Source: Parasitella parasitica NRRL 2501 (taxonomy: Eukaryota; Fungi; Mucoromycota). From it: 64,000 nt of DNA. Shown here piece after piece: positions 25,415 through 39,316 of the stretch. The notes under the pieces are model-generated. The model made no database searches and was not told where the DNA came from. It worked only from the letters and a program-made list of their open reading frames with translations. The number at the start of each line of letters is the position of its first letter. Position 1 is the stretch's first letter. The translations under genes and the position numbers were made by a program. The stretch lies in NCBI GenBank assembly GCA_025201805.1, contig MU619283.1, positions 148,357 to 212,356 of the forward strand, read 5' to 3'.

Positions 25415-26986
25415 ATGACGGATATTATCAAAACCAGCAGCATGGAAGAGACCTTGACTAGCCCTCCGCCTCCATCAGCGCCAACTTCGTCAACTCTGCC
25501 CGGTACAGGTATCGCAAACTTACCAAATCAAAGACACAAGATTGTCGCCAAAAACGGTGCCAACTTTACCATCATGGTTTGCGGTAAGTCATCGTTTGAC
25601 TAGGGCTGGGCGCAATTCATTGACCTTGTGTGTCATCTATTGTAGGCGAATCAGGCGTTGGAAAAACAACCTTTGTGAATACAATGTTCACATCGACCAT
25701 CAAGGAACCAAAGAACCTCACAAAGCGCCACTCAAAGGCACCCTCTAAAACTGTCCAAATCCAGATCACAAAAGCAGGTAAAAATGGCGATGGTCTTACA
25801 TGGGCGGGACAAACATGATCTAAACAGGCTTTAAATAAACAGAGCTGGAAGAAAAGATGTTCAAGGTCAAATTGACTATTATTGATACGCCTGGCTTTGG
25901 CGACTATGTCAACAACAGACATAGTTGGATTCCTATTGTGGATTTCATTGACGACCAACATGAAAAATACATGCGTCAGGAGCAACAACCTTGTAGAAAG
26001 GGCGCTATCGACATGCGTGTTCATGCTTGTCTGTATTTCATTAAACCAACTGGCCATACGTACAGTATTTGCTCCATTTTCTCATGTACATTATGCTAAC
26101 TCGTTTTTTTCCCTCCTCCTCCTCCCCCCCTTTTTTTTCCCTCCTCCTCCTTTTTGCAAAAGCTTGACCCCGTTGGACATCGAAGTAATGAAACGATTGG
26201 GCTCTCGTGTCAATTTGATTCCTGTCATCGCCAAGGCAGACACATTGACACCTATTAATTTGGAAAAATTCAAGCAAAACGTAAGTAATTGAGGTTGCTA
26301 CAAACTCAGCATTTGCACATCAGCTGAATCCACCCACCTGTAGATCAGAGAAGTCATTGCAGCACAGAATATTCAAGTTTATACGTGCCCCATTGAGAGT
26401 GACGATGAGACTACTACCAACAGAAACCGCACTATTATGGCGGCGCTGCCTTTTGCTGTCATCGGCTCCACGCAGGACGTCATGACTATGGATGGTAGAA
26501 AGGTCAAGGGAAGAGAGTATTCTTGGGGTGTTGCTGAGGTTGAGAATGACGCTCACTGTGATTTCAAAAAGCTGAGAAGCTTGTTGATCAGAACTCACAT
26601 GCTGGATCTCATTACCACAACTGAGGATAATCACTATGAAAATTACCGTCAGACTCAAATGGAAACCCGCAAGTTTGGCGAAGCTCGTTCCCAACCAAAT
26701 GAGAATGCCAAGTTCAAGGAAGACGAGGAATCTTTGCGTAAACGCTTTACTGACCAGGTCAAGTCTGAGGAACAACGCTTCAGACTCTGGGAGAAACAGG
26801 TAAGTTGAACGAACAATCAAAAACAAGTGTTTTAGCTTTTTTTTACTAAGCTGGCCTCTTTAGTTGTTGAGTGAAAGAGATCGTCTTCACAAAGAATTGG
26901 AGTCTCAGGGAGAAAGGATCAAAGAGTTGCAGAATGAATTAGAGTCTTACTACTATCATCAACGTGATAAATCCATCAGAAAATAA
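25415..26986 (+). CDS. Septin, Cdc12/Spn4-like, multi-exon
   Basis: [12 protein letters not shown]1 [11 protein letters not shown]3 DTPGFGD, G4 AKADTLT, GREYSWG, HCDF, C-terminal coiled coil. TAA 26984-26986. Confidence 0.92.
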
Positions 26987-27363
26987 TTCAATGCCTCCAA
27001 CTATAGCTCTCTCTCTTTCTCTCTAATTTTAATAATTCCTTTTATTCACACATAAAATAAACCATAATAATTATTCGTATCCTTAGTATTTTGTGACAAA
27101 AAGCTGCTCCCCCACCCCCAATTCTTACTACACACACAATACTGCATACCAGGATTACACTATTATAAAGACATTTTTTCATTGTCCCTGAAGAACATCT
27201 TGATATATATTGGAATTCCTTGGTGTTATTTCTCAGAACACATGTACCTGATATTTATCAATAACCGGGACTATGGGTATGATTATAAAATGCATTTCGA
27301 AAATTGTTGGGTGTATTGCGATCTTCAGGTGTGAGTTTTCAATGTAATGATAACACGTCTTTA

Positions 27364-27400
<37 letters not shown>

Positions 27401-27883
27401 TCGAGATACATCAAGAGCACAGTAAATTGATCAACGGGATCCGATAAAGAAGCAAGCACTGCAGTTCAGGCACAAAACATAAGACGCATTATTTTGAAAG
27501 GTTACATCTGTCTACTGTATGTCAATAAATCATTCAAGTTGAATCATACAAGCAAGTACAAAAGTTGGCAATTTCCTGATGCCGGCAACCCCTTGGCCAA
27601 ACCCATGGCCCGATGTCTTTCCTTTCACACTTTCTTTGATGCCAATCTCATCACACAACTTTTCATGGATGAGCATGCAGGTGAAACATAAGGTCGTTTA
27701 CCAATGCCGAAACTGAATCCACTACAAGGAAAACAGTGCAATGTTTGAATACAAAGAATGCAGAGCTAATTCATTTTATTTGTTGAGATTGAACTTTTTT
27801 TTCAAGTTATGCTGGGCAATCATTATGCAAACATGATCTGAAATATGCATATAGCCAGCCCAGTGACAACAGGGCTCGACCAT

Positions 27884-30800
27884 TTACTTCAAGTCAACTT
27901 TGAGCGTCAAAATTTGGAAAGCCCGAAGAGTAACATTGAAGCCGTCTCCCTTTTCTTCCAACAGCTTGTTTGTATCATCTTCCAAAATGTTTGATATTTG
28001 AATTTGCTTGACCTCCAAGTGGCTAGGTACAAATAGATATTATGTGGTTGGTTTGACTTGATCAGTGCATTAACACACACATATATATAGATAGATAGTT
28101 ACCTCGTCAATATGCCGGCACTCTTGCCTCCATAGGCTTCATAAAGACGTAGAATGACTTGTTTTCCTCTTCCTTTATCATCTTCGGCGAGCTTGACTGT
28201 GTCAATGATGATTTGAGATGAGCCGTCAATCTTGAAAAGGGAGGGGAGGATCTCTCCGCTATGGAGATGATTACCCGTGGCATGGCTATGATGCATACAT
28301 ATTAAAACCAAATGTGCTGCTGTCTTTTTTTTTTCCCATGCATGTTTATGTAGATGCGCGTACTCACCGAATTGAGAGGGGTGTATTGAATTCCAGTGCA
28401 GATTGCATCACATTGGACGAAGTGAAATTACCTTTGTGAGGATAAATCGCATACTTGAATTTGTGCTGGCCTATTGCACGGTGTTGGTATGGTGGTATAT
28501 AGTTTCAGCATCCACTGTATACGTTACCCATATCTGCGTGTTCATCAGGACCTTTGGGTGCACGCAGCAAAGACAAACGCTGAGTTTTCCCGTGAGTCGC
28601 ATAGCCGTACTTGCAGTCATTGATCAACGCAATACCATAGTTTGACTCGGACATGTCTGCAAATTTATGACCACAGACCTGCGTATAAAACCTGTATTAA
28701 TACGGGTATCAAAACCTAGGGTTTGGAGGAGCCTTTTGTATACCTCAAATTTGGCAGAATCAATAGTTGTATTGTAATGAGTCGGTCTTCTGACCACACC
28801 ATACTGGATATCGTAAGTGGCATAATCTGTAACAATATCCCAAGAGAACTCCACTTTCTACAAGAAAACATTAGCAAATATCCAACTCATGACACCAGCC
28901 ACGTACCAAAAATTGATGGCTTTCATTCCAGTCGACAAAATTATCAAACTCTAATCGTTCGCCAATACAAGTAAGACTGATAGTCTGTTCGATGGTGCTT
29001 ACATCCGAAATCTTGTGTTCGAATCGCAGTTCTGCTCTAAGAGGTCCGTCGGAAACCACCTTCACATTCCTTTGACCTTGTAGCTCAACATACTTCTGAA
29101 GGTGGTAAATCTCAACTAAATTGTTTTGTCAGTCATCAAGAAAACACGCATCTCGACCAGACGGAAAACTCACCATCCCACGCATCCCAATAGGTAGGCT
29201 ACACAATTGCACGGGGGGAAAAAAAATAAAAATAAAAAATGAACATATGTTGATTTTGACAAGTAATACATACCACATCCTCATAAAGCTGAAGAACATT
29301 GCCACGAGAGCCCTTGGGAACAAGGTTGCCTCTAAAATACAATAATGAGCATACAATGAACTTTTTTTTTTGTTCAACGCTATTGCCTATACCGGTCGGA
29401 TCTTTTATCAATCAGTTTGACTAGCTGGCCATCTGCATTAAAAGTAGCCTTGAGATTAGCGTTCTCCAACAAAAAGTGTCCGTCTTTTTCATATGCTAGC
29501 ATTCATTGATAAGACAAGTCAATAACTACCGTCTGTAATTGTAGTCTATAGACTCATTACCATGGGCTGTGTTCTTTCCAGAAACCGCTTTAAAGTCTGA
29601 TCCAGAGCCAACATAGCCAGACGCACCCAGGCCGGGCACGTTTTCCACTGTATTATCAGAATGTTATTTCAAGCGCTTTTCCACTGTTTTACCATGGCGA
29701 CTCCTTACCAAGCAAATACTCGTATTCGCCTTTCCATTGCTGAGACAGCCAACCAGTCTTTTTTTCTGGCGATACAATGACTTCGGAGCGAGACCAAGGA
29801 AGAGTGTTGAAGACAATGACTCCTTGCCTATCCTCGCTGGAGGCACTGCTAGCGGTTTGCTCGGAAATAAGGTAGGTTTGAGATTTATAGCGCAACAGCG
29901 AAGACTCAGAAATGACTTGACGATGGAACTATGATACATGTAGCAAATTATTCAGCAATGTATCTGTTTTGTGTTGTCAAGCATGTGAACAAACTTTGTG
30001 AACGTCAACATAGGCCAAGTTGATGGCAGAACCCGGCAAGCAATCATGGAACTGGTTCAGACAAAGTAACTTCCATAAGCGATTGATGTCCTCCAGTGGA
30101 TAGCTAAAGCAAACCATTGAACAATACTGACACTCGACGTTGAAATAACTCTATATACCTGTATTTGCCTCCAGTTTGATTTGAAAGGATCTTGGCAGCA
30201 GTCGCTAGGATCTCAACGTCTCGAATGATAACCTCGCCCTTACGATTTCCTCTCTTGACAAGAGCTTGAGAAGTGTATGTGCCACGATGAAATTCAAGAT
30301 ACTGTTTTCATTTGTGTGAGATTATGCATGCAATGTGTGCACTTTTTGGTATTTTATAGTTACCAATTCTCCTTTGTAGGATTGCAACCTATCAGAGTTC
30401 TTTTCAAGACCCTCAAAGAATTTGGTGGCACTTCCAGGTTTAACTGTAGGTAAGCCGTCTACATTTCGCATTCTTTCAAGTCTTTCCAACATTTCAGGCG
30501 TGGGGCCGCCTCCGCCATCTCCGTGTCTATTTGTGTAAGACGAAAGCACTGTAAATAAAAATTGATCGATAGTTTACTGTTACATATGTATTTATAACAT
30601 GTATATATATACCCATAGACTAATAAACTTTCGTTGGAGCTCTCGATGTCATGGTGATTCTTAGCACTAAAAGTGGGCTAATACATTAGAAAATACATGG
30701 CAACCCAGCAAACTTGATATATAAACTTGCCACTTGTAGACCTCACTAGCGGTTACAGAGGCCGTATACGTCTCGGCAGGTGTCAAATGTGCCAAAACCT

Positions 30801-31207
30801 TGGAATCGTCAATGCCTGTCCACCAAAAGGTTGACAGCGGAAACTTGTTGATATTATTCCAAGAGAGCTTCTGAGTAAAGAAGAAGTCGCAGCCAGATTC
30901 ACAAAGTACTTGAGGCAACTGAGCAGAGTACCCAAACGAATCAGGAAGCCAAAATACTCGAGTCCGTTTTCCAAAATGTTCCTCAAAAAAGCGTTGGCTG
31001 AGATAATTGTTGTTAGACATTCATACGCAATGCTATCAATGATGATGGCCATACCCTAACAGCATTTGTCTGCAAAGTGATTCTCCAGACTGCACATGTC
31101 AGACAAGATGAGAACAAAGATTTATAGTACTGCAGAAAATGTACTTACTGGCATATTAGTATCTAAGTTTCACAAATATTTCAATGTTAGAAACAGTTAT
31201 TGTATTA

Positions 31208-31260
<53 letters not shown>

Positions 31261-32699
31261 AAATTTTACCATGCTCAACCCAGCTCTGTGCGATAGATGT
31301 GCAGCTTTTTTTTTAGAAAACGTGTATACATAAGCTATAATAGAAACTTACTCCTCCAATGATCTCCCATTGGCCATGCTTTTCAACTTTTTGAATCTTT
31401 TCAAAAATAGCTGGGTACAATTCCTTCAGCCATTCATACTGCTGTACCTGAGATCCTGTAAACACATAATCAGGATATCTCCCAATCAGATCCAGCTGGC
31501 TTGACCAAGACCTAGCAATTTTGCGCTTTGTCTCATCATAGGGCCACAGCCAAGCGGTGTCAATATGGCAATTTCCAACAGCCGTGATCTGATGTTGGCC
31601 AGTTCCGTTTTTAGCACTCAAGAACTCACGAGTCAAATCAATGCAAGCTTGAATTGCTTTATCGTCGTCGCCGATAAAGTTGTTGATCACTTCGTTGGCT
31701 ACCCACAAAGCTTTTCTGGCCCGAGAGGACTCTTGATCCGTATCAAAAGCAATTCCACGAATAATGCTGAAATAATACGTCAAAATCAAGATTCACAATA
31801 AATACAATCATCCATATTCTCGTATAGACTTACGATAGATCATGGTACAGCTTTTGAATTGGCTCGTTTGCCACTACCAAATCAGCTCGTTCAAGGTTGA
31901 AATATCGATTGGGGTCTGCCACCATAGCATCATTGGCGCCAACGCCAAACATGCCATTGCAAGCAGCTTCAATATACAATTTGAACCTCTCCCCTGAAGC
32001 CGCTTTTTTAGTAACTATGAAATCATGACGAGCTTGATCCGCTGAACGATTTTACACGGATGGTATATATAACAAAGATTAGGAGTTGATACTGTCGATG
32101 TAATGAATATACTTACAGCCACCAGTAAGGCCTTGAAGGGGCACTCCCTCTGTATTCCATATCATACCCTCACATCCCATGTCCCACTGGAGTACCACTT
32201 GATGTCCATCCAGCTCTTTAGGGATGACAATGGAAACATGAAACCAATGCGTAGACCAGCTGGGGCCAAAGTTGTGTTGGCCTATCTTGAAGTCTTTGAA
32301 TTCCTGTGAAACGGCATCCTAAAATTTATGCAAATTGTGTGTTTTAGCGGGCGCGATGCATGTATTTTTTTTTTTTGCATATGCCTTGGGTAGACATACA
32401 TGGAACGTAATTCGCTATACAATATCAATGAGTACTTGATGCAAGATGTGTACATTCCTATATCATCCTACCTTCAGGTCAGGTACACTGTAGACTTTCA
32501 ATTCTACATGTGGAGGTCCTCCCTTTCTCAGCTTCCACAGCCCACGATGTATTCCCATTCCATGGAATTGGCCGCCATCTGCCAAAAAATTGTTTATGCG
32601 AGAATGAGTAATGTTTTTAGGAACGCGAGGAGCGTTGTCCAGCGGCGGGTTGTCTGTTGTAGTAGCATGACTACTATGGCGATGCCCGTAGATTGTCAT
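27884..32699 (-). CDS. AMS1: GH38 cytosolic/vacuolar alpha-mannosidase (Ams1/MAN2C1 type), many exons
   Basis: [19 protein letters not shown], spliced [81 protein letters not shown] 27886-27884. Confidence 0.93.
31210..31256. repeat. (CT)n microsatellite in an alpha-mannosidase intron
   Basis: About 23 dinucleotide units, directly visible. Confidence 0.9.
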
Positions 32700-32886
32700 T
32701 TTGTATAGATAAAGCGAAAGAAACGCGATTTAATTTAGCATAATAAATGTCATATTACATACAAACACACATCACATGTTGCCCAAATAAAACAACTGTT
32801 GTTTGGGATCAATCTCACACGGTCAGTGTGACCTTTAGCTTTGTTTGCTTTTGCTCTTTTATACTTTTTGCTTACACTAGTCGTAA

Positions 32887-35800
32887 ATGAGCGTATTCAC
32901 ATTAAGCAAGACCTGGCAAGTGCTGGGTCCGTTTCCTATCGGTACTCGAGAGCAAGACTTTGGCGCAGATCCTCTAGAAAACTATGGTAATGCCTTGCCT
33001 TTATTCCGGCGGCCCCCCCCCCTCCCTTTTTTTTTCCATCATTCCAACGTTTCAATCACGTACTTCAGCTTCCAAAAGTACACGCAATCTTTTGTTTAGT
33101 AGCTTTACTTTTTATTTTATACAGCAATTCTTGAAAAATAGGATGGTTTGAAATGCGGGGCCCTAATAGACAACAAACAATTAAAAAAAAAATCTGCATA
33201 ATTAAAACATTCTGGATAGGTGGTTTTCGAAAGCTACGATACTCCTCTGGAGCAAAATATTCATCAGAGCTGGTGGAAGGCGGCTTCACTGGTTGGACAA
33301 TGGTCAGCTCTAATAATCAAACTATAGGTCCTATTAGTTTTCGAAATGCAAGGTCTGTATTCTTTTTTTTTTTTTTGAGATAATAATCAAACTTGACATC
33401 GTTTATTACGGTTAGGTGGGAGGATAATGGCGTACCTTTTGGATGGTCAATTGAGCAGTACCAGGCCTGGGCGAGAGGTATTCTAACTATACACGAGCCA
33501 ATTCAACTATTTGTGCAAATCAGTGGCGCATCTGAATTCTACGTACATGGCAACCGTTACCATGGCGACTGCTACAGCTACAATACTACGACACATTTGA
33601 TCCAATTTGACAAGGGTAAACACACCATTGACGTACGTATGGTGCATGATGTCCGTATGTTTGGTGGGGGACACACACCGCCGCAGTGTCAGTTTCATGT
33701 ACGCTTAGAGACTAAAGACGAATCGTTATTGTATCCTGAAGATTGTGCTATGATTACGCCTTCCAACCACCCCGCCGTCGTCATTGGTAGCATGCCAACC
33801 ATCACACCCTCAGACAGCAACGGAAATTCGCCGTCGTGTGAGCTACTAATGCCAGATTATCTTGACGATATTGGCTTTGCTAGTTCTTATGGTAGTGTTT
33901 CTATCCAGAACACTGGCGAAGATCCAATAATAGTGAAATCAGTGACGCTATGCATTGTAGATGACCATTCACTGGAATTCAGAAACAAAAACGGCTTATT
34001 CATGGAATACAAGACAGAGCTGATCATGGGTAATGATATGCCGTTATGCATATCATCTGGACAAATTCGTCCTGTTGGTTTTAGCTTTCAAAAAGAATGG
34101 GGATCCTTGCCGGCTACCAAAATATTGCGATTTTGGGTTCGTATAGGTCTTGTAATCAAAGACAGCAGTAATATTATTACACCAGGCGACGTTGATGGCG
34201 GTGATGGAGGAGGAGGAGGAGCAGAAGACGATGAAGGAGATATGTTTGCAATCAGAGCTACCTGCAGTGTTCGCTGTGTTGATTGGCTGAAATCAGCTTT
34301 CAAGTATACATTCCTGGATTACGATAACACTGTTCAATATGGTAATTTCCTTCAGCCTCTGACAGCATGCATTTAATATTAACAAATTTGATATAAATAT
34401 AGCCATGGCAAAAAGACCCCATTTGTTGAACTCAGAAGCAAACAAACCCATCATCGTTGCGCTCCATGGAGCTGGCGTTGAGGCCGATTCCTCATTTTGG
34501 ATAGATTCAATACCAACACAAAAACACAGCTGGATTATCTTTCCAACCGGAAGAACGCCATGGTAACTTGGATTACTCCTTTTTTATATATATGTAAAAC
34601 TTGTTCTTAACTTGCTTACAACAACAACAACAACAACAACAATAAAAAGGGGATACGACTGGCATGGGCCTAGCACACAGAATGTATTCAAATCCCTGGA
34701 GGGTCTTGCTGAAATCCAGGAGTTACTTCCACCTCATTTTGAGTGCATGGATTATGCAATAGGTGGGGATTGGGTCACAGGTACGTTATATATGTATTGT
34801 TTGAGCCTAATTGCAAAGAGTTGGCTTTTGCTTAACAACATTAATATGTAAGTGTCTGCACCACATGAAACGACGAGTACATTGAAAGCTCACGACGACC
34901 GAGAATGGAACATTGGTAGTATAAACAAACTGATTGTGATGGGTAACCTTTTTTTGTTGTTGTTGTTGTTGTTGTTGTATATATGAAATAAGAACGTACT
35001 TTTTTTTTCTTTTTTAAAAAAAAAAAAAAGGACACAGTAATGGAGGTCAAGGTGTCTGGCATTTGGCTGTGCATTTCCCAGATAGGATTACTGCAGGTTT
35101 GTGAGCAACGAAGCAAAAGTATGTAGGCCATTATGCCTAATTATTACATATTAGTTATTCCGGCTGCTGGATACATCAAGATTCAGGATTATGTATCGTT
35201 TGCCAACTGGGTTGGAAACTCGTATTGTGATCCATGGCTAAGAGGGGTATGTCTTTGCTTTTGCTATATACACTGCAGAACCTCGATTGATTTTCATGGT
35301 AAACAATCTATCAGGTCCTAGAATCGTCTATTGCAGAATACAACAATGATCTGCATTTATCAAATATGGTACGACTTGATTTGTATAAAATATATAATGA
35401 AAACATCAACGGCATATTAAAGGAAAAGTTAACAACAGACCAATATCCCAGTCTTACCACGAGTAGGCACTGAGGATGATAACGTGCCTCCGTTACACAC
35501 GAGAAAATATGTCCGAATACTGAATGGACACCTCAAGCAGCCCAATACTATCAAGTAAGAGAAGTAGATACCATTTATTTGGCCAGCTCACTGTTCTTAT
35601 TAAAAAAAAACCCCCCCTGCTGCAACTCATTGCAACATATACACATAGGACGTCAGAGGCTGTGGGCCAAGGACATTGGTGGGATACGGTGTTTGACGAT
35701 AAAACTGTGCAGCAGTTTCTGGATCAACAGCAATCAACAAGCTTGATGGGGAAAAAGGACCCAAATGAATTTTGTATTACATTGATGAATCCAGCTGGAA

Positions 35801-36844
35801 ATGGAAGCATCTATGGAATACACGTTGAGCAAATGATGGTCCCTTACAGATTAGGGAAAATCAAGGGTGCTTTCGCATCAATTGACAACAACTCCAAGTC
35901 GGTGTTAACATTGAAGACGACCAATATATCTTCGTTTCGCTTCACCGAGCATTTCAGAGGCTGCAACAAGCTGGTTGTGGACGGAGACAAGTTTTCTCAT
36001 CTTGAGAATTACCACACCTCGAAGGGTTGCGTGGCATTCACCTACGACAAAAAGAGCAAGCGATGGAAGGTATAACGTACAAGCTGCTGCATACACACAG
36101 ACGACAAAAGAAAAAAAAAAGCCAACTCTTTTGTCTTCATAGCTGGACACTATCAAGCCAAATGAGCGCAATGCCTCCAATTATGGTCCCATTCATAGAA
36201 TGTATGAGTCGACAAAACCGCTAGCTATCACGATACCATCTCATTCAAGGTACTATAAACATGTTGCATTACAGATTGCTCATGATTGGTATTTGTACGG
36301 TCGAGGCGATTCCATGATTCTGTACGACAATCAGACAGTTGACTATCCCTACCAAATTTACTTGGGTCTAGTGAATGAAAATATGCGCATTGAATCGTTA
36401 CTGTCAGAGAAGTGTGCTGTCGAATTTGAGAAAGCTGCTTCTGTGATTACTGGTATCAAAGTAGGAGACAAGCACTACAGAGACCCTGGAACAGGTTGTG
36501 TGCCCATTGTGATCCATGAGCGATTATAGTCAAACTTACTGCATTGTGTGTATAATATATGTAGGCGTATTGTTCATTCATCCAATCAGCAGAACGGCAA
36601 CGGCAATTGTCGTTTCTGGTCTGGATCATGATGGATTTGAGTCAGCATGGCATTTGCTACCAAGACGGACTGGAATGATGATACCCGAATGGATTGTTGC
36701 AAGCAGCAGCGAAATGAAATCCAATGGCGTAGGAGGTATTCTTGGCGCAGGGTAAGCTGAATGCCGCAACACTATGAATAGCTTCTCATATATAATTGCT
36801 GCAGTTACTTTGACAATGAGTGGAAGCCATTTGGATACATGTAG
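32887..36844 (+). CDS. Large uncharacterised alpha/beta serine hydrolase (peptidase S9-like catalytic domain), multi-exon
   Basis: WQVLGPFPIGTRE..GADPLE, LHGAGVEA, PTGRTPWGYDWHG, nucleophile motif GHSNG (spliced across intron 34943-35030), PAAGY, DDNVPPLH, GHWWD, LLPRRTG. TAG 36842-36844. Confidence 0.82.
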
Positions 36845-36929
36845 ATATATACGTATAAATAAAATATTGTGTCACATTAATGGGGAAGGGAGTTTTTTCT
36901 CTTGATAAATGCATCTTTTTTTTCTTTTT

Positions 36930-36989
<60 letters not shown>

Positions 36990-37088
36990 CACTTAGAAAA
37001 AAAAAAAAGAAAAAAATATCTTTTAGTAGTATTTGGATATAGTACTAGAAAATGTTCCCTTTTAAACTACAAAATAAAACACCAAAAA

Positions 37089-38853
37089 ATGTCCAATTTA
37101 AACCAGCAAAAATCAGAGCCGATATCAATACTAAAGCACACAAATGTAAGGCTGACTATGGACACCATTAACTGCTTGGACTAATAAAGAAATTGAAATA
37201 GAACCACAGCATGGCACCATCAAATCCAAAAAGTGCTCGTCTTGTGCTGAGCGAAGATGAAGACGATCAGCGTCTGTCGGACGGCGACTGCGATAATGAC
37301 GACGACGAGCAGATCATGGAGCCAATGTCTGCAGAAGCATTGGAGTTACTCGAGACTGAAAAAGTGCTCAAAGCAGGCTACTTGCTGAAAAAAGGCGAAA
37401 AACGAAGAGTATGTGCATGTTTGCGGGGCGTGTATTTGGGCAAAAATGACTTACATGTTGAGCACATATAGACTTGGAAAAAACGCTGGTTTGTGCTGAG
37501 AACAACAAAATTAGCCATGTACAAAGACAAAAAGGTGTGTGCAAGCAAAAGCGATGCGACGTATGTGTGTATTAACCATCAAATAGGAATACAAACTGCT
37601 GCGAATCATCGATCTACACGCAATTCACAGCGTGGTTCAAGTAACATCCAAACACAAGTACAAGTTTGTATTTGCATTTGTCACTGCCAAGCGAATGTAT
37701 TACGTGCAAGCAGAAGATCAAAAGGACATGGACGAATGGTTCAGGCTGGTCAACCATGCCAAGGAAGAGCAGCGCCTCTACGACGCAGATGATGATACTA
37801 GCACTATTGATCGTGACCAGGAGTTCGCCAAAGATGTCATTACATCGTACAAATCAAACCATGCTGCCAATGTCATGCAAAATCAGCGACGTCAGTCTAG
37901 CGCAGCATATGATAGTTCAGCAAAGGCCGTAGGGGCAGCAGGAGGGACATCACCTCCCTCTTTGCCAAATAATGAAATTATTTCTAAAATTATACCTCTC
38001 GATATTCCAAAGAAAAAGAAGTTGCCTGCATCTCCAATCAATTCACAACTGACCCCATTAGGCGAATATGCTCTTGGTCACACCTATCCACTCTCGCCTT
38101 CATCTGACCACACTCAGATGAGTGTCATCGATGGCATTGCCAGCTCAGAAGACGATGAGGAATACAGTGCTGACAAAGCAAACATCCAGTCCGAGGAGAG
38201 CAGGAATCGAGTGCTGATTGAGGGCTACCTTTTGAAATTGGGCCGTAATAAGGTTTGTTTGTCTTATAAAAAGTGAGAAAAATGTGTATTAAAACCAAAA
38301 CTTGTAGGGCTGGAGAAAGCGTTGGTTTGTACTACGAACTGATACTTTAGCATATTATGAAGACGACAAAGAGTATTCGCCTCATCGAATCATTCCGCTC
38401 CATCATATCATCGACTCTCTGGAAATCGATCCTGTCAGCAAAAGTAAGCAGCATTGCTTCAAGATCATCATTCCTAAACGAAGCTATGTTCTCTGTGCCT
38501 CAACTGAAGTTGATATGGATTCATGGCTGAATGCACTCGTTGTCGCCATCAGAAGGGCCAAGAAAGAAGTAGCAGCTGGCTCCCCTTCGATTACCACCAC
38601 TCCTTCTACGCCTCAGCCCCAACAGCATCAGCGCCCATTATCGCTGATTCCAGAGAATAAAACCTATAGCTTGCAAAAGGCCCAATCGACAACATCTTCT
38701 GCTGATTCATTAGAGAATTCCAGTCATATCTCTGGCGTCAGTGGTGCTGGCGGTGTAGGCGGTGCTGGTGGTGCTCTTGGCGGTGCTCCAACGCCTGCTT
38801 CGCTGTTGCAGTTGCACTCGAGAGCTTCAGAAAGACTAGGTCGTGCAAAGTAA
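37089..38853 (+). CDS. Tandem PH-domain protein (Opy1-like), multi-exon
   Basis: PH1: LKAGYLLKKGEKRRTWKKRWFVLR...MDEW. PH2: IEGYLLKLGRNKGWRKRWFVLR...MDSWLNAL. Upstream exon 37089-37145 splices in frame. Confidence 0.87.
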
Positions 38854-39316
38854 CTTCAACATTTCTACTACCTCTTTATATACATATATCTTGTTGCTTT
38901 GTTTTACTTGTTAATAATGAAATTAATAACCACCCTTTTTCTTAACTTTATATATATATATATATACACAGTTTCATAAAGAAAACAAAAACAAAAAAAA
39001 ATTATAGTAATTCCTTAATATTTAATAAAATACAAATGCTGTGTATGATGTTGTATACAGAATCCCTTATTATTATACAAGTTCATTTTAGTACGTAAAA
39101 CGTTTGTTTTTCACATCATCTACATTAAGGTTAGACCAAGATCTTCAATTTGATGATGTGCAACATATCATCCCAAAAATCTGATACCACCGACACACCT
39201 GACAAGATTGGTGTGTTTGTTTTGTGCAATTAGTGTCTGTATATAGTATAGAAAACCTTCTATTTTCTGCTAGATCCATTTGGGATGTTTGTTTGTATAC
39301 AGGGCGATTTATTATT

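Noticed and set aside
27494-27760. Short ORF or Gly-rich minus-strand fragments between septin and mannosidase
   Set aside because: No coherent gene model or recognisable family. It cannot be supported without a search.
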